DNA of 64,000 nucleotides. Source: Elainellaceae cyanobacterium. GTDB lineage: Bacteria; Cyanobacteriota; Cyanobacteriia; CAZCXK01. The notes under the pieces were generated by a model. The model made no database searches. It saw only the letters and a list, made by a program, of their open reading frames with translations, and was not told the DNA's origin. The translations under genes and the position numbers were made by a program. The stretch covers positions 1 to 64,000 of the forward strand of contig JBNPEG010000084.1 in the NCBI GenBank assembly GCA_051117555.1. The letters run 5' to 3'. This document shows, piece by piece, positions 20,981 through 30,331 of this stretch (position 1 is its first letter; each line of letters opens with the position of its first letter).

Positions 20981-21898
20981 ATGACTAAGTTAAAGATAGC
21001 TTTTGTGTCTTGTCTAGGAATATTAGGATTTGAAATAACAACTTTGTTGTCAGGGGAAATTGCCCTCTCTCAACCTATTTACCAGATTAAGCAAAATAAT
21101 TCTCAGGTTATTCTCCAACAGCAAGGGAGACTCACGGCTGACGATTCTATCCTTCCATCAGACGGTTCGCTATATGATGAATACTCGTTTGAAGGGCGCG
21201 CAGGGCAGCAGATCACGATCTCGTTAGAAAGTTCTGATTTTGATACCTACTTGATTTTGCTCGGTCCAAACAACGAGGTTTTGGCTCAGAATGATGATGT
21301 CAGTGCAACTAATCTGAACTCGTCATTAACTGTGACGCTGCCAAGCAACGGGACATATAGGGTGATTGCGAACTCATACAGCAGTGGCGATCGAGGTAGA
21401 TATACGTTGATAGCAACAGAAGCAGGTCAAGGAAGCAGCTTATCCGAAATCTCAGAAAATACACAGTCAGCCCCTCAAAGACCAAGATTCCAAACTTATG
21501 TTCATGATAATAAATTTTCGATTCAACACCCGGAGGGTTCAGAAATCAATGTTATTCCCAATTATGGATTGGAGATACGAAGTTTTTCGGGGGAAAGACT
21601 TATAAAAACAATGGCTTCCGTCCAATCGGGATCATTTGAAGAAAATGTAAATCGAGCTTTAGTCGACGAATCTGACATGATCGGAACGTTGACTAGACGA
21701 GGAGACTTGACTGTCGGGGGTAGAGAAGCAATACGTTTATGGTTTTCTGAAGGGCAACATTTTTATTACACAATAACGACTGTAATTCGTTACTCAAATA
21801 GCCAAACAATCCTAGTTAGTACTTTTTACGATGATGATAGCCCTTCAACCATTGAGGCCATTCAAGATATCCATTGGTCGCTCAGGATACTTGAGTAG
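20981..21898 (+). CDS. Secreted PPC + PsbP-like domain protein
   Basis: PPC nearly identical to that of 17837; C-terminus FSIQHPEG...TVGGREAIRL...IHWSLRIL. Confidence 0.7.
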   Translation: MTKLKIAFVSCLGILGFEITTLLSGEIALSQPIYQIKQNNSQVILQQQGRLTADDSILPSDGSLYDEYSFEGRAGQQITISLESSDFDTYLILLGPNNEVLAQNDDVSATNLNSSLTVTLPSNGTYRVIANSYSSGDRGRYTLIATEAGQGSSLSEISENTQSAPQRPRFQTYVHDNKFSIQHPEGSEINVIPNYGLEIRSFSGERLIKTMASVQSGSFEENVNRALVDESDMIGTLTRRGDLTVGGREAIRLWFSEGQHFYYTITTVIRYSNSQTILVSTFYDDDSPSTIEAIQDIHWSLRILE

Positions 21899-21950
21899 TA
21901 TTATCCTAAATATTTCAAAGTGTCATCTGAAGCTGGCATAGAGTGCAATT

Positions 21951-23792
21951 TTGCATCAGAGAGTGGTTATGCGACGTATACGATTTTTCATAGTTGGGCT
22001 ATTAACATTCACACTGACATTGTGGAGCACGTTCTTTAGGAAAAGCCTCTCTGTTTTTTTATGTGGCTTATTATTTTCTAATTCAGCAGTATGTCAGGCT
22101 TGGGGAAACGCAGAGCGAGTAAACGCGGCAGTGCCGAATGATGAGCAGGTAGGAGAATCTGTGAGCCCCGATCGTATCGCAGTGCCGCCGATTATTCGGG
22201 AGGCACCCCTCGACCTACAAAATGCCCTGGCAGACGATTTTGTGGTGGCACGCCAAACTCCCTATAGCTCTGGACGCAACGAAATTTTAATTACGTCACC
22301 TTCAACGGGAACTGAGCAACGCTTTGAAATCAATCTGCCGAATACAGGCAACTTCCGAATTTATCAGGCTTCCTTCAGTAGTGTTTCAATCGCAGATCCA
22401 TCCAGGGTAGTGCGCGATGGGACTATACTAAACCCCGCTCAAATTCAAGCAAAGCTGGAAAATTTCACAATCAATTTCAACAGCAATAATGCACCTGAAT
22501 CAATTATTTTGGCGGATGGCACCAGGACTGAGTTTTCTGATTCGGAAGCTGTCATTCGCTCAGCAGATGGGCAAATCATCGAAACCGTTCCGCTGACTAA
22601 TGCTGTTAGACCAAGACGACAGCAAACCGCCAATCACTTGAAAACTACTGACAATTCTAATTCTGGACTGCTAGCTCAAGCTGGGTCAGGTTGTGAGAAT
22701 AGCATCCGTGACCGGATTTATCAGTCTGCTCAAACAGCAGGTAGGCAATCTGACAATTTGTCGCAAGCTGAGTCTGATGAAGGGAAAGTAGCTGCTTGGG
22801 CAATGACATTTGGAAAGGTCGCCTTGGAAGATTCATTAGTGGCTAGTTCTAGAAATCAGACACTACAAGAAATTGCCTGTAAGCCTCCAGTTGAATGTAA
22901 TCAACCTCAAGACTACGACGGTGCTAGCGAGATACGTACTGATTTATTTGAGCTTCCCGGCAATATAAATCAGCAGGTGAGCATTAGATATCAATTTTAC
23001 GAAATTCCTGATCGTCTAGAACTTTACTACGAAGGGAGAAGAATTGACGAAATCCCTAGAGGTGGAGGGTATATATCAGGAACTGACGTTATTACGATCT
23101 CCCTTCCTGGTGGAGCTTCTTATGTTGGAGTAAAACTGATAGGCAATACAGATGAGAACACGAGATGGAACTACACGATTTCTTGCTCTGCCCAACCTCC
23201 TTGCCCTGACGTAGAAGATTTTCAACTAAGTGAAGATTTTCAACTAAGTCAACATAATTATCTTCATTCATCCAACCCTCTTGAAACACCAACGCCGAAC
23301 AGAAATCGTAGAGAGTTTGGCGATGATTACCATTACTACACAACAGATACAACCATCTGCTCAGTAGAAAATTCAGGTTGCAGTCGAGAAAATATTTATG
23401 CTGCAATGCTTTCCCAAAGAAGATTCATGGCACCAGCTGAAGAGAAACAGAATTCACCTGTAGAGCATTGTAGTGTTACCAATCTTCAAGGACCAGGTTT
23501 TCCAGGTTGGCTGGCTAGCTGGATATTTAGTGATTATATTGTCAATATTGTCGACCGAGATAGTTTTACTGCGATTAACTATACTCTTGACCCCTCTGGC
23601 ATACTAAACACTCATACTTTTCATCCTGGGAGAGTCATAAGAACGGTTCTTGAACAGAATGGAATGATTGTTGTAAGAACTACGGGAGAAGGCACTGGAC
23701 ATTTTCCAAGAATGAATGAAACTGAAGGAAAAGCTTTGTTTCAGAGAATAGATGAGGACTTCAAATCTTATATCGAGTCTTTGATTCAGTAA
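21951..23792 (+). CDS. Secreted multidomain hypothetical protein (likely start ATG 21969)
   Basis: 613-aa ORF; hydrophobic N-terminus; beta-sandwich-like YEIPDRLELYYEG segment; Cys pairs. Confidence 0.75.
   Translation: MHQRVVMRRIRFFIVGLLTFTLTLWSTFFRKSLSVFLCGLLFSNSAVCQAWGNAERVNAAVPNDEQVGESVSPDRIAVPPIIREAPLDLQNALADDFVVARQTPYSSGRNEILITSPSTGTEQRFEINLPNTGNFRIYQASFSSVSIADPSRVVRDGTILNPAQIQAKLENFTINFNSNNAPESIILADGTRTEFSDSEAVIRSADGQIIETVPLTNAVRPRRQQTANHLKTTDNSNSGLLAQAGSGCENSIRDRIYQSAQTAGRQSDNLSQAESDEGKVAAWAMTFGKVALEDSLVASSRNQTLQEIACKPPVECNQPQDYDGASEIRTDLFELPGNINQQVSIRYQFYEIPDRLELYYEGRRIDEIPRGGGYISGTDVITISLPGGASYVGVKLIGNTDENTRWNYTISCSAQPPCPDVEDFQLSEDFQLSQHNYLHSSNPLETPTPNRNRREFGDDYHYYTTDTTICSVENSGCSRENIYAAMLSQRRFMAPAEEKQNSPVEHCSVTNLQGPGFPGWLASWIFSDYIVNIVDRDSFTAINYTLDPSGILNTHTFHPGRVIRTVLEQNGMIVVRTTGEGTGHFPRMNETEGKALFQRIDEDFKSYIESLIQ
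23214..23249 (+). repeat. Perfect 18-bp tandem duplication (EDFQLS x2)
   Basis: gaagattttcaactaagt repeated twice. Confidence 0.9.
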
Positions 23793-24189
23793 CTGAAAGT
23801 TGTACTAGCAACACCAGATTAATTAGAATTTCAGAGAATTGAAGGCTTGTTGCTTTTATTTATTCAGATCTTGTAGAAAACATACCAGTTTCGCATTAGA
23901 GAAATAAACTCCCGCAATCAAGTAGAATGCTCGCTATCTGTGGATATTACAGGAGGAATTGTGGATTCACAACACCCAATATTCGGAGCTATTGGAACAT
24001 AAAAATGTACAAAATTGCGAAGTTTCTAAAATTTTGAGAGCTAGAAAAGAAAATAAATATGTATTTCAAAGTTCTCCTGCTCCAAGTTTATTATTGAACT
24101 TACACTGAGATTAAAACTGTGTTTGACAATATTTTCAAACCAAGGTTGTCCAATAAATCAAACCAAATCCATAAATCATCAAGCAACTT

Positions 24190-25593
24190 ATGAAATTATC
24201 TCGACTTTTATTCTGTACTACTTTGCTCTTGACTCTTTCTCTTAGCTTCTTTAAGCCTGGGAGAGTCACTGCTCAAATACCGCAAAATCCTTGTGCTACA
24301 ACCATTGCTCAAGCAGACCAGCTTTATCTAGAAGGCGATCGCACGGCTGCTGAAGAACTCTATCGCCAATGCAAATCGTCTCCTGAAGAACAAGATCTGG
24401 AGACGTTCTTTCCTGAACCAATTACCGATCCGGATCAGTTGCCACCTGGAGGACAAGTTCTATGGAGAGAAGCTCAGGCAGGATATGAACAAGGTTTGGA
24501 GAGCAGACTTTTTGTTCCACTTGAGCTTCTGCTTCAAGACTATTCGGAGTTTGTCCCTGCTTACCGATTGATGGCTCAAGCACTAGAGGAGTACGAGCGC
24601 GATGATGAAATTTTAGATGTCTTAGAGCAAGCAGCAACGCTGTTTCCAAATAGCGCCGACATTGCCTGGGCACGAGTGACAGCCTTACAAAATGCTGACA
24701 AGCCTTTAGAAGCCTCCATTGCCGCTCGACTATTTGCCATCGTTAATCCAGACCATCCAGACGTTCAAGAGTTTGAGGAGATAGCAGAAGATGAATTTAA
24801 AAGTTTCCGCAGGCAAACCCGCCGCGAATTTGGCATTACTGGAGGGTTAGGTGTCATTGGGCGTGTCTTGCTTGGGGGAGGTAGCACGGTCTCAAATGCA
24901 CTAGAAACTATTCCCATGATTCGGATGCTGACTTCCGGTGAAGAAGGAATGGGATCACGGCTCGCGGAGGCTGAAATCGAAAACCGTATTCTGATCGAAG
25001 ATCCCGTGATCGTGGATTATGTGAGTCGCATTGGAAATGACATGGCTACTTTGATGGGACGTAATGAGTTTGAATATGAATTTTACGTAATTCAAGACAA
25101 TTCACTCAACGCATTTGCCTTACCTGGAGGCAAAGTCTTTGTCAATTCAGGATCTATATTAGCAACCAATTCTGAAGCAGAGTTAGCGGGGCTTTTAGGA
25201 CACGAAGTTGCTCACGCAGTGCTATCTCACGGCTATCAGCAAATGGCACGGAGTAATCTACTTTCCACAATCGGCGAAGTGACTTCTCTCAGCAATATCA
25301 CGAACCTGATGACATTAAACTTTAGCCGGAATCAGGAACGGCAGTGCGACATTCTAGGAACTCGCGCTTTAGCAGGGTATGGTTACGCAGCAGATGGTCT
25401 TTACAACTTTTTTGTAACGCTGAACGAGCAATCTTCAGGAGGTCAACCCGAGTATCTTTCAACTCATCCTGCAACCGAAACTCGTTTGCAGTATCTACAA
25501 GCCTTGATTCAACGAAATGGATATAACCGATTTGCGTATGAAGGCGTGGAAGAACACAATCGAATTCGGCAAAGATTACAAGAATTACTGTAA
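24190..25593 (+). CDS. M48 family zinc metalloprotease with TPR-like N-terminus
   Basis: NAFALPGGKVFV...HEVAH...FSRNQERQCD...LSTHP; signal peptide. Confidence 0.92.
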   Translation: MKLSRLLFCTTLLLTLSLSFFKPGRVTAQIPQNPCATTIAQADQLYLEGDRTAAEELYRQCKSSPEEQDLETFFPEPITDPDQLPPGGQVLWREAQAGYEQGLESRLFVPLELLLQDYSEFVPAYRLMAQALEEYERDDEILDVLEQAATLFPNSADIAWARVTALQNADKPLEASIAARLFAIVNPDHPDVQEFEEIAEDEFKSFRRQTRREFGITGGLGVIGRVLLGGGSTVSNALETIPMIRMLTSGEEGMGSRLAEAEIENRILIEDPVIVDYVSRIGNDMATLMGRNEFEYEFYVIQDNSLNAFALPGGKVFVNSGSILATNSEAELAGLLGHEVAHAVLSHGYQQMARSNLLSTIGEVTSLSNITNLMTLNFSRNQERQCDILGTRALAGYGYAADGLYNFFVTLNEQSSGGQPEYLSTHPATETRLQYLQALIQRNGYNRFAYEGVEEHNRIRQRLQELL

Positions 25594-25619
25594 AGGCCTG
25601 ATTCAATAAGTTCTACTTG

Positions 25620-25775
25620 CTGATTGACTGACAAAACTTTTGTAGCGGCAGTTGAAACTGCGGCTACACGGGCAAAACCCGCCTATGCGGGTTGAAATCA
25701 GTCGGTGCAGGTCGACTTTGCTTGTCTAGGCGCGGTTTTAACCGCTAGCCTCCGAATCTTTTGTCAGTCAATCAG
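25620..25775. mobile_element. MITE-like element, 156 bp, with 17-bp terminal inverted repeats
   Basis: ctgattgactgacaaaa ... ttttgtcagtcaatcag; flanks ttctacttg / gtctatttg (7/9 match, possible target duplication); internal palindromes. Confidence 0.7.
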
Positions 25776-25834
25776 GTCTATTTGAATCAGATTGAATTGA
25801 CACAGATAGATTGGCGCTAAAAAAATCTGCGAAT

Positions 25835-25865
25835 CTGCACAAAACTTGCCGCTAAAATCTGAGAC
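25835..25865 (+). promoter_or_regulatory. Motif B upstream of nuclease-like gene 26044
   Basis: CTGCACAAAA cttgccgctaaaatc TGAGAC. Confidence 0.65.
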
Positions 25866-25956
25866 CTCAATGTAGGGAATACAATCCTCATTGAGGTTTT
25901 TTCTGTTGAGCCATTATCGGCGTTGTGGTCCTATTTGAGGCGATGCGATAGGTAAA

Positions 25957-25984
25957 TTCCATACCGCTACCAGATTCAGAGATA
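25957..25984 (+). promoter_or_regulatory. Motif A (TTCCATA-N15-GAGATA) upstream of 26044
   Basis: TTCCATA ccgctaccagattca GAGATA. Confidence 0.75.
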
Positions 25985-26043
25985 GATGAAGTTGAGGGGG
26001 GACTTCATTATCAAATGATCGATGTACTTATTTTATATTCAAG

Positions 26044-27681
26044 TTGAGGTATACGATGCGCGAACGACTTATCCACACGCTAATTGATGGACTAGTTGCA
26101 AGTTCTGTAACGTTAACCGTCGCAACCGGAGTTTCTTTCTTTGTTCCTGGTATGTCTAGAGTAGCATTAGCCAGTGGGACTGCGGGGGCTTTGGGAGTAG
26201 TAGTTTCAACGAGTCAGCAGCACGAGCGACTAAAACGACAAATTGCCACAGAAATTGACGGTGCAATTTTCCAACTGGCCGAGCAGATTCATCAAGAATT
26301 AGGAACAATTTTAGAACAACCCCTAGAAAATAATCAAGCCTCTAAAGAGGATTCTAAATCGCAATCTGAAAGAACTTCCTCAAATTCTCAAAAGCCTTCA
26401 AGCGATTTCAAGAAGGTCAATTCTGCTCTACAATCTGACGATGTTCAAGAGGCGATCGCCTGGTTTACCAATCGAGAGGTTACTGTTGAGAATTATCGTC
26501 TGCCAGAACCTGATGCCGACGATATCTTTGACGGACTTGCGATGTACCTGGGCAAGCATTATGAACATCTCAGTAGTCTTTACAAACAGATGAAACGAAA
26601 TGTTGCAACGGGCAGACGATTTCGATTTAATCTATCTAGCAGTACCCATCGAGAAATTAATGACTGTACTCAATTTTGTCATCGATTGAATCGAGCGGGT
26701 CTTCTATCTTTCTATCGGTATTCCAAAACAGACAAGATTATTCAAATATCCTTGCAAAAGCGATCCGATGTGATCCATTTTTTTAATGGAGACTGGTTTG
26801 AGCGGTATGTCACGCATTTAGTAGCCAATTTGCTTGATGCCAAGGGTCTGAGTTACCAATGTCTGAGTAATCCACGTATTATTTATCCCAATGGCGATCG
26901 CTTTGCATTAGATTTGTTCTTCTTAGTTGAGGGACACCCCTTATGGATTGAATGCAAAACAGGTCGAGACTATAATGGTTATCTCCAGCGCTACTCAAAT
27001 CACCGAAAGGCACTCAGCATTGATATTTCCAAAGCATTCCTTGCTATTCTTGATATTCCAGAAGAGCAACGTCAGTCAACGATGAGAATGTGGGATCTCA
27101 CGGTGGCCGATCAGAACACGTTACTGCCTATGATTTCGGAAGTACTAAATCTAAATGCGATCGCTTCTACTGAGGTCGATGATCCTAATTCATCGTCAGA
27201 GACTTCTTTAGATATTGAGGAGTTGCTAAAAAAGATTCAACCTCTTCCTGAGCAACGAGGTATCGTGATTCGGGAACTCATTCGTACCGTTGAAAATCTC
27301 CATGAGCCCATCACCTTTCGAGAGTTGAGAGGTCTCATTTCAGAAGCAATCAATATTTCAAGGACACGAGTTCAGGCTGTGCTTCGAGCTTTATTTTGGT
27401 CGGGATATTTGCTCAATGATGCTCAAGAACCCGTTGCCTCTTATAACAGTCCGATTAGTAGCTTACAAGACTCTCGAGAGGAAGTACTCGATCGGAAGTG
27501 TATCGAGCGCTATGCTGGCGTTATTCTTGAGGTGTATCCCGACTACTTTGATGACGCAGATAATGTGAGGTTTTTCGAGGAAAGTGTTGGAGGACAAGCA
27601 CCCGATCGGACAACGATTGAATGGCTCAAAAATAATCAGGATAATGATTTCGGAGATGAAGAAATTTCCTGCTCAAATTAG
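26044..27681 (+). CDS. Paralog of 19021: membrane-anchored PD-(D/E)XK nuclease-like protein (likely start ATG 26056)
   Basis: DDVQEAIAW, FFNGDWFERY, FALDLFFLVEGHPLWIECKTG, CIERYA, GGQAP shared with 19021. Confidence 0.7.
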   Translation: MRYTMRERLIHTLIDGLVASSVTLTVATGVSFFVPGMSRVALASGTAGALGVVVSTSQQHERLKRQIATEIDGAIFQLAEQIHQELGTILEQPLENNQASKEDSKSQSERTSSNSQKPSSDFKKVNSALQSDDVQEAIAWFTNREVTVENYRLPEPDADDIFDGLAMYLGKHYEHLSSLYKQMKRNVATGRRFRFNLSSSTHREINDCTQFCHRLNRAGLLSFYRYSKTDKIIQISLQKRSDVIHFFNGDWFERYVTHLVANLLDAKGLSYQCLSNPRIIYPNGDRFALDLFFLVEGHPLWIECKTGRDYNGYLQRYSNHRKALSIDISKAFLAILDIPEEQRQSTMRMWDLTVADQNTLLPMISEVLNLNAIASTEVDDPNSSSETSLDIEELLKKIQPLPEQRGIVIRELIRTVENLHEPITFRELRGLISEAINISRTRVQAVLRALFWSGYLLNDAQEPVASYNSPISSLQDSREEVLDRKCIERYAGVILEVYPDYFDDADNVRFFEESVGGQAPDRTTIEWLKNNQDNDFGDEEISCSN

Positions 27682-27706
27682 TGAGATAGAAAGTTAGGTC
27701 GTAGTA

Positions 27707-27749
27707 AAAAGCCAAGAGGATCAAGCATCGCTTAATCCTCTTGGCTTTT
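27707..27749. terminator. Intrinsic, probably bidirectional, terminator hairpin
   Basis: aaaagccaagagga...tcctcttggctttt between convergent genes. Confidence 0.75.
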
Positions 27750-28054
27750 GCACAGGGCTACTTGTTTAGATTGATTGCGTTAGCTAGATAGCTCAGGCTA
27801 GGACGCCTATTTGTGTATTGTCAATTTGAGGAATGATCCTCAGGGGGAGAAATAGCCCCACAGTCGTGGCTTCGCTAAAGCTCAGCAATGTGTTATTTAG
27901 TCCACAGAACGAAGGCGATCGCTCTGTGGACTAATCCCTGTTAGCGCATTGGGTTACCAAAGTTCTGAGTCCAATAGTGTCCCCATTGCTGGTCGCCAAT
28001 AGGAAGGATACAAAACATCCTCTCTTCTTTGAAATACGTAATGACTCAGCAAGA

Positions 28055-30229
28055 CTAATGTTGAGTCATTCGAACCGCGGCGGCGGCATTGACAAGACCA
28101 TTGCCAAAGAAATACTGCTGAGCCGAAACAGGTTCAGGCAGTGGAAAGATACCTGATACTCGATCATCCCTTAAAGTCAGTCCAACATCTTGCTGTAATC
28201 GATAATGATTTAGGTCGGCTTGGGATAGGGTGAGGCCATCATAGTTAGCTGTTTCTTTGAGAATCGAGATAAGGCGATCGCGTCCTAAACCTGAGTTCTC
28301 GCCCTTCATTAACGCGATCACTCCTGAAACTGTCGGGGCTGAGAAGGAGGTGCCTTGAACTTGCACATACTCGCCTCTTGGATCAAGGCTGTATCCCCAG
28401 CCAAAATCAGGAACCTCCATCCCTTGCCAGAAGCTATCAACCCAGGTACCTCCTGTGGTCAAGATGCCACCGCTCAGCGCCGTTGCCGTTTCTCCACCCG
28501 GCGCTACTACGTCTAATCGCCCTCCGTAGCTACTGTAATATGTGCGTCTACCATCCAGATTGGTTGCACCTACTGATACCACTCCTGGAGTAGCAGCAGG
28601 GAATGACACTCCATCAAAGCTTTCGTTACCGGCAGAAGCCACTATCACTAAATTGGTATGGTTATCTAACAGTTGAAAAATCTGATCGACTACCCCTTGA
28701 TCGGGCATTACTCCACCTAGGCTCATATTGATCACGTCAGCTCCTCGGTCTGCCGCATATCCTAAAGCTTCAATGAGACGAGCAGAGGTAATTTCACCTC
28801 CCAAACCAAACACCCGCACTGGCAAAATTTGCGATCGCGGCGCAACACCAATGGCTCCCGTACCTTCTTCAGGATGGGCAGCAATCACACCTGCTGACCA
28901 CGTGCCGTGGAATTCAGCCGAAATCTCGCTGCGAATGATATTGCGAATTATACCTGCAACTTGCGTGCTGGAAATATTGGGATGCGAAGAACGAATTCGA
29001 TTAGCAAGGCCATCATACTGCTCTAGCAAATCCGCATCGGAAAGGCGGAAGGCATTCTGAAAATGGGGGCGCAAGATAGCAACTTCATCATCACTGATAC
29101 GGGTATCTGCATCTCCGGTCAGGCAACGATTCGCATCAGTCTTACTACAGACTAGAGTGTTACTGGTAAAATCCCAACCTTGTGATTCATAGGGAAATTC
29201 AGCCCTTTCTTCATCTAAGGTATAGACAGTATTGATCAAGTTGGCATGATCCCACTGGATTAAACTATCAAGAACAGCTACTACCACCCCTTCACCACTA
29301 TTACTCTGCTGCCATGCTTGAGTTGCACGGACGTCCGTACGAGGAAGTAAGCGGCCTCGTTTAGGGGTACTGTTCAAATGCCACGCGAGGGGGAGTAAAT
29401 TGCTAGAAAATAGTGTTTCAATTTGCGGCAAATGAGCAAGCTGTTGCTGAATCACGTCCAGTGCATTGGGAGTAATGGCGAGGCTTGCATCCTGAATATC
29501 TTGTTCTTGCACACGATAGACTAATGATTGAACAAAGTTAGGCGTTGCCGATTGAATGCCAACTACCCCGTTTAGCCGATTAGCGACATTGAGAACACCC
29601 ATTCCCGTCTCTGTGCGCGATCGCACCAGATAGCGATTCTCGGTGAACTGGAGTGGGCGAATGACCTCTAGCCCATAGCGGTTGAAAAGCACCTGAATTT
29701 GGCTGTTTGATAAACCAGGTTCTAAACTGATGAGAATTTCATTGGGCAGCACAACATCTAACTCAGGACTATTCTCATCCCCTGTGTTCAGGGATAGAAC
29801 GGGTAATGTGCCTTCAACGTAAGGCTGTTCTCGAATTTGCTGATCGACAGATGCTAGTCCTCGTGTTCCTGAAAGTTCGGTTACCAGAGCATAACGGGTT
29901 CCTAACGGTTCAATGTCTACGGATAGTGCCGAGCGGTAGGGCGAAGTGCGAATGGCTCGCGTCGTGCTGCTCGTGCCCTCTAAATCTTGCTGGAGCTGGA
30001 GATAAAGAGGTTGGCTCGATCCACCACGGGTGCTGCCTGCTTCGCGGAACGATACGGCGACGACATCAGTCCGCAAGGTGAGGGGGATTTGCTGCCCAAA
30101 GAAGGTATAGTACAAACCATCAGGTGTTTGGGCTTGGGCAATGGCAGTTGATTGCTGAATGGGTTGAAATGGCTGGGCGATCGCCAAAATACAGGCGGTT
30201 GCAACTAGGGTAGAATACAATCGTTTCAT
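28055..30229 (-). CDS. Secreted S8 (subtilisin-like) serine peptidase
   Basis: VVAVLDS, FHGTWSAG, SAGN, GTSFSAP catalytic motifs; signal peptide and long propeptide. Confidence 0.93.
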   Translation of the reverse strand: MKRLYSTLVATACILAIAQPFQPIQQSTAIAQAQTPDGLYYTFFGQQIPLTLRTDVVAVSFREAGSTRGGSSQPLYLQLQQDLEGTSSTTRAIRTSPYRSALSVDIEPLGTRYALVTELSGTRGLASVDQQIREQPYVEGTLPVLSLNTGDENSPELDVVLPNEILISLEPGLSNSQIQVLFNRYGLEVIRPLQFTENRYLVRSRTETGMGVLNVANRLNGVVGIQSATPNFVQSLVYRVQEQDIQDASLAITPNALDVIQQQLAHLPQIETLFSSNLLPLAWHLNSTPKRGRLLPRTDVRATQAWQQSNSGEGVVVAVLDSLIQWDHANLINTVYTLDEERAEFPYESQGWDFTSNTLVCSKTDANRCLTGDADTRISDDEVAILRPHFQNAFRLSDADLLEQYDGLANRIRSSHPNISSTQVAGIIRNIIRSEISAEFHGTWSAGVIAAHPEEGTGAIGVAPRSQILPVRVFGLGGEITSARLIEALGYAADRGADVINMSLGGVMPDQGVVDQIFQLLDNHTNLVIVASAGNESFDGVSFPAATPGVVSVGATNLDGRRTYYSSYGGRLDVVAPGGETATALSGGILTTGGTWVDSFWQGMEVPDFGWGYSLDPRGEYVQVQGTSFSAPTVSGVIALMKGENSGLGRDRLISILKETANYDGLTLSQADLNHYRLQQDVGLTLRDDRVSGIFPLPEPVSAQQYFFGNGLVNAAAAVRMTQH

Positions 30230-30264
30230 GGTTGTTACTCCTCAAGGGGTGAGCTATTTACACT

Positions 30265-30292
30265 TATCTCTGAGGTAAAGAGCGATATGGAA
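30265..30292 (-). promoter_or_regulatory. Motif A upstream of the S8 peptidase
   Basis: Reverse complement: TTCCATA tcgctctttacctca GAGATA. Confidence 0.75.
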
Positions 30293-30331
30293 AATAGCTT
30301 GTAGGCGATCGCTCTTAATCAATTCATGCTG

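Noticed and set aside
24006..24040. GTACAAAA ... TGAGAG as motif B upstream of the M48 gene
   Set aside because: Mismatch in the first box and a 21-bp spacer.
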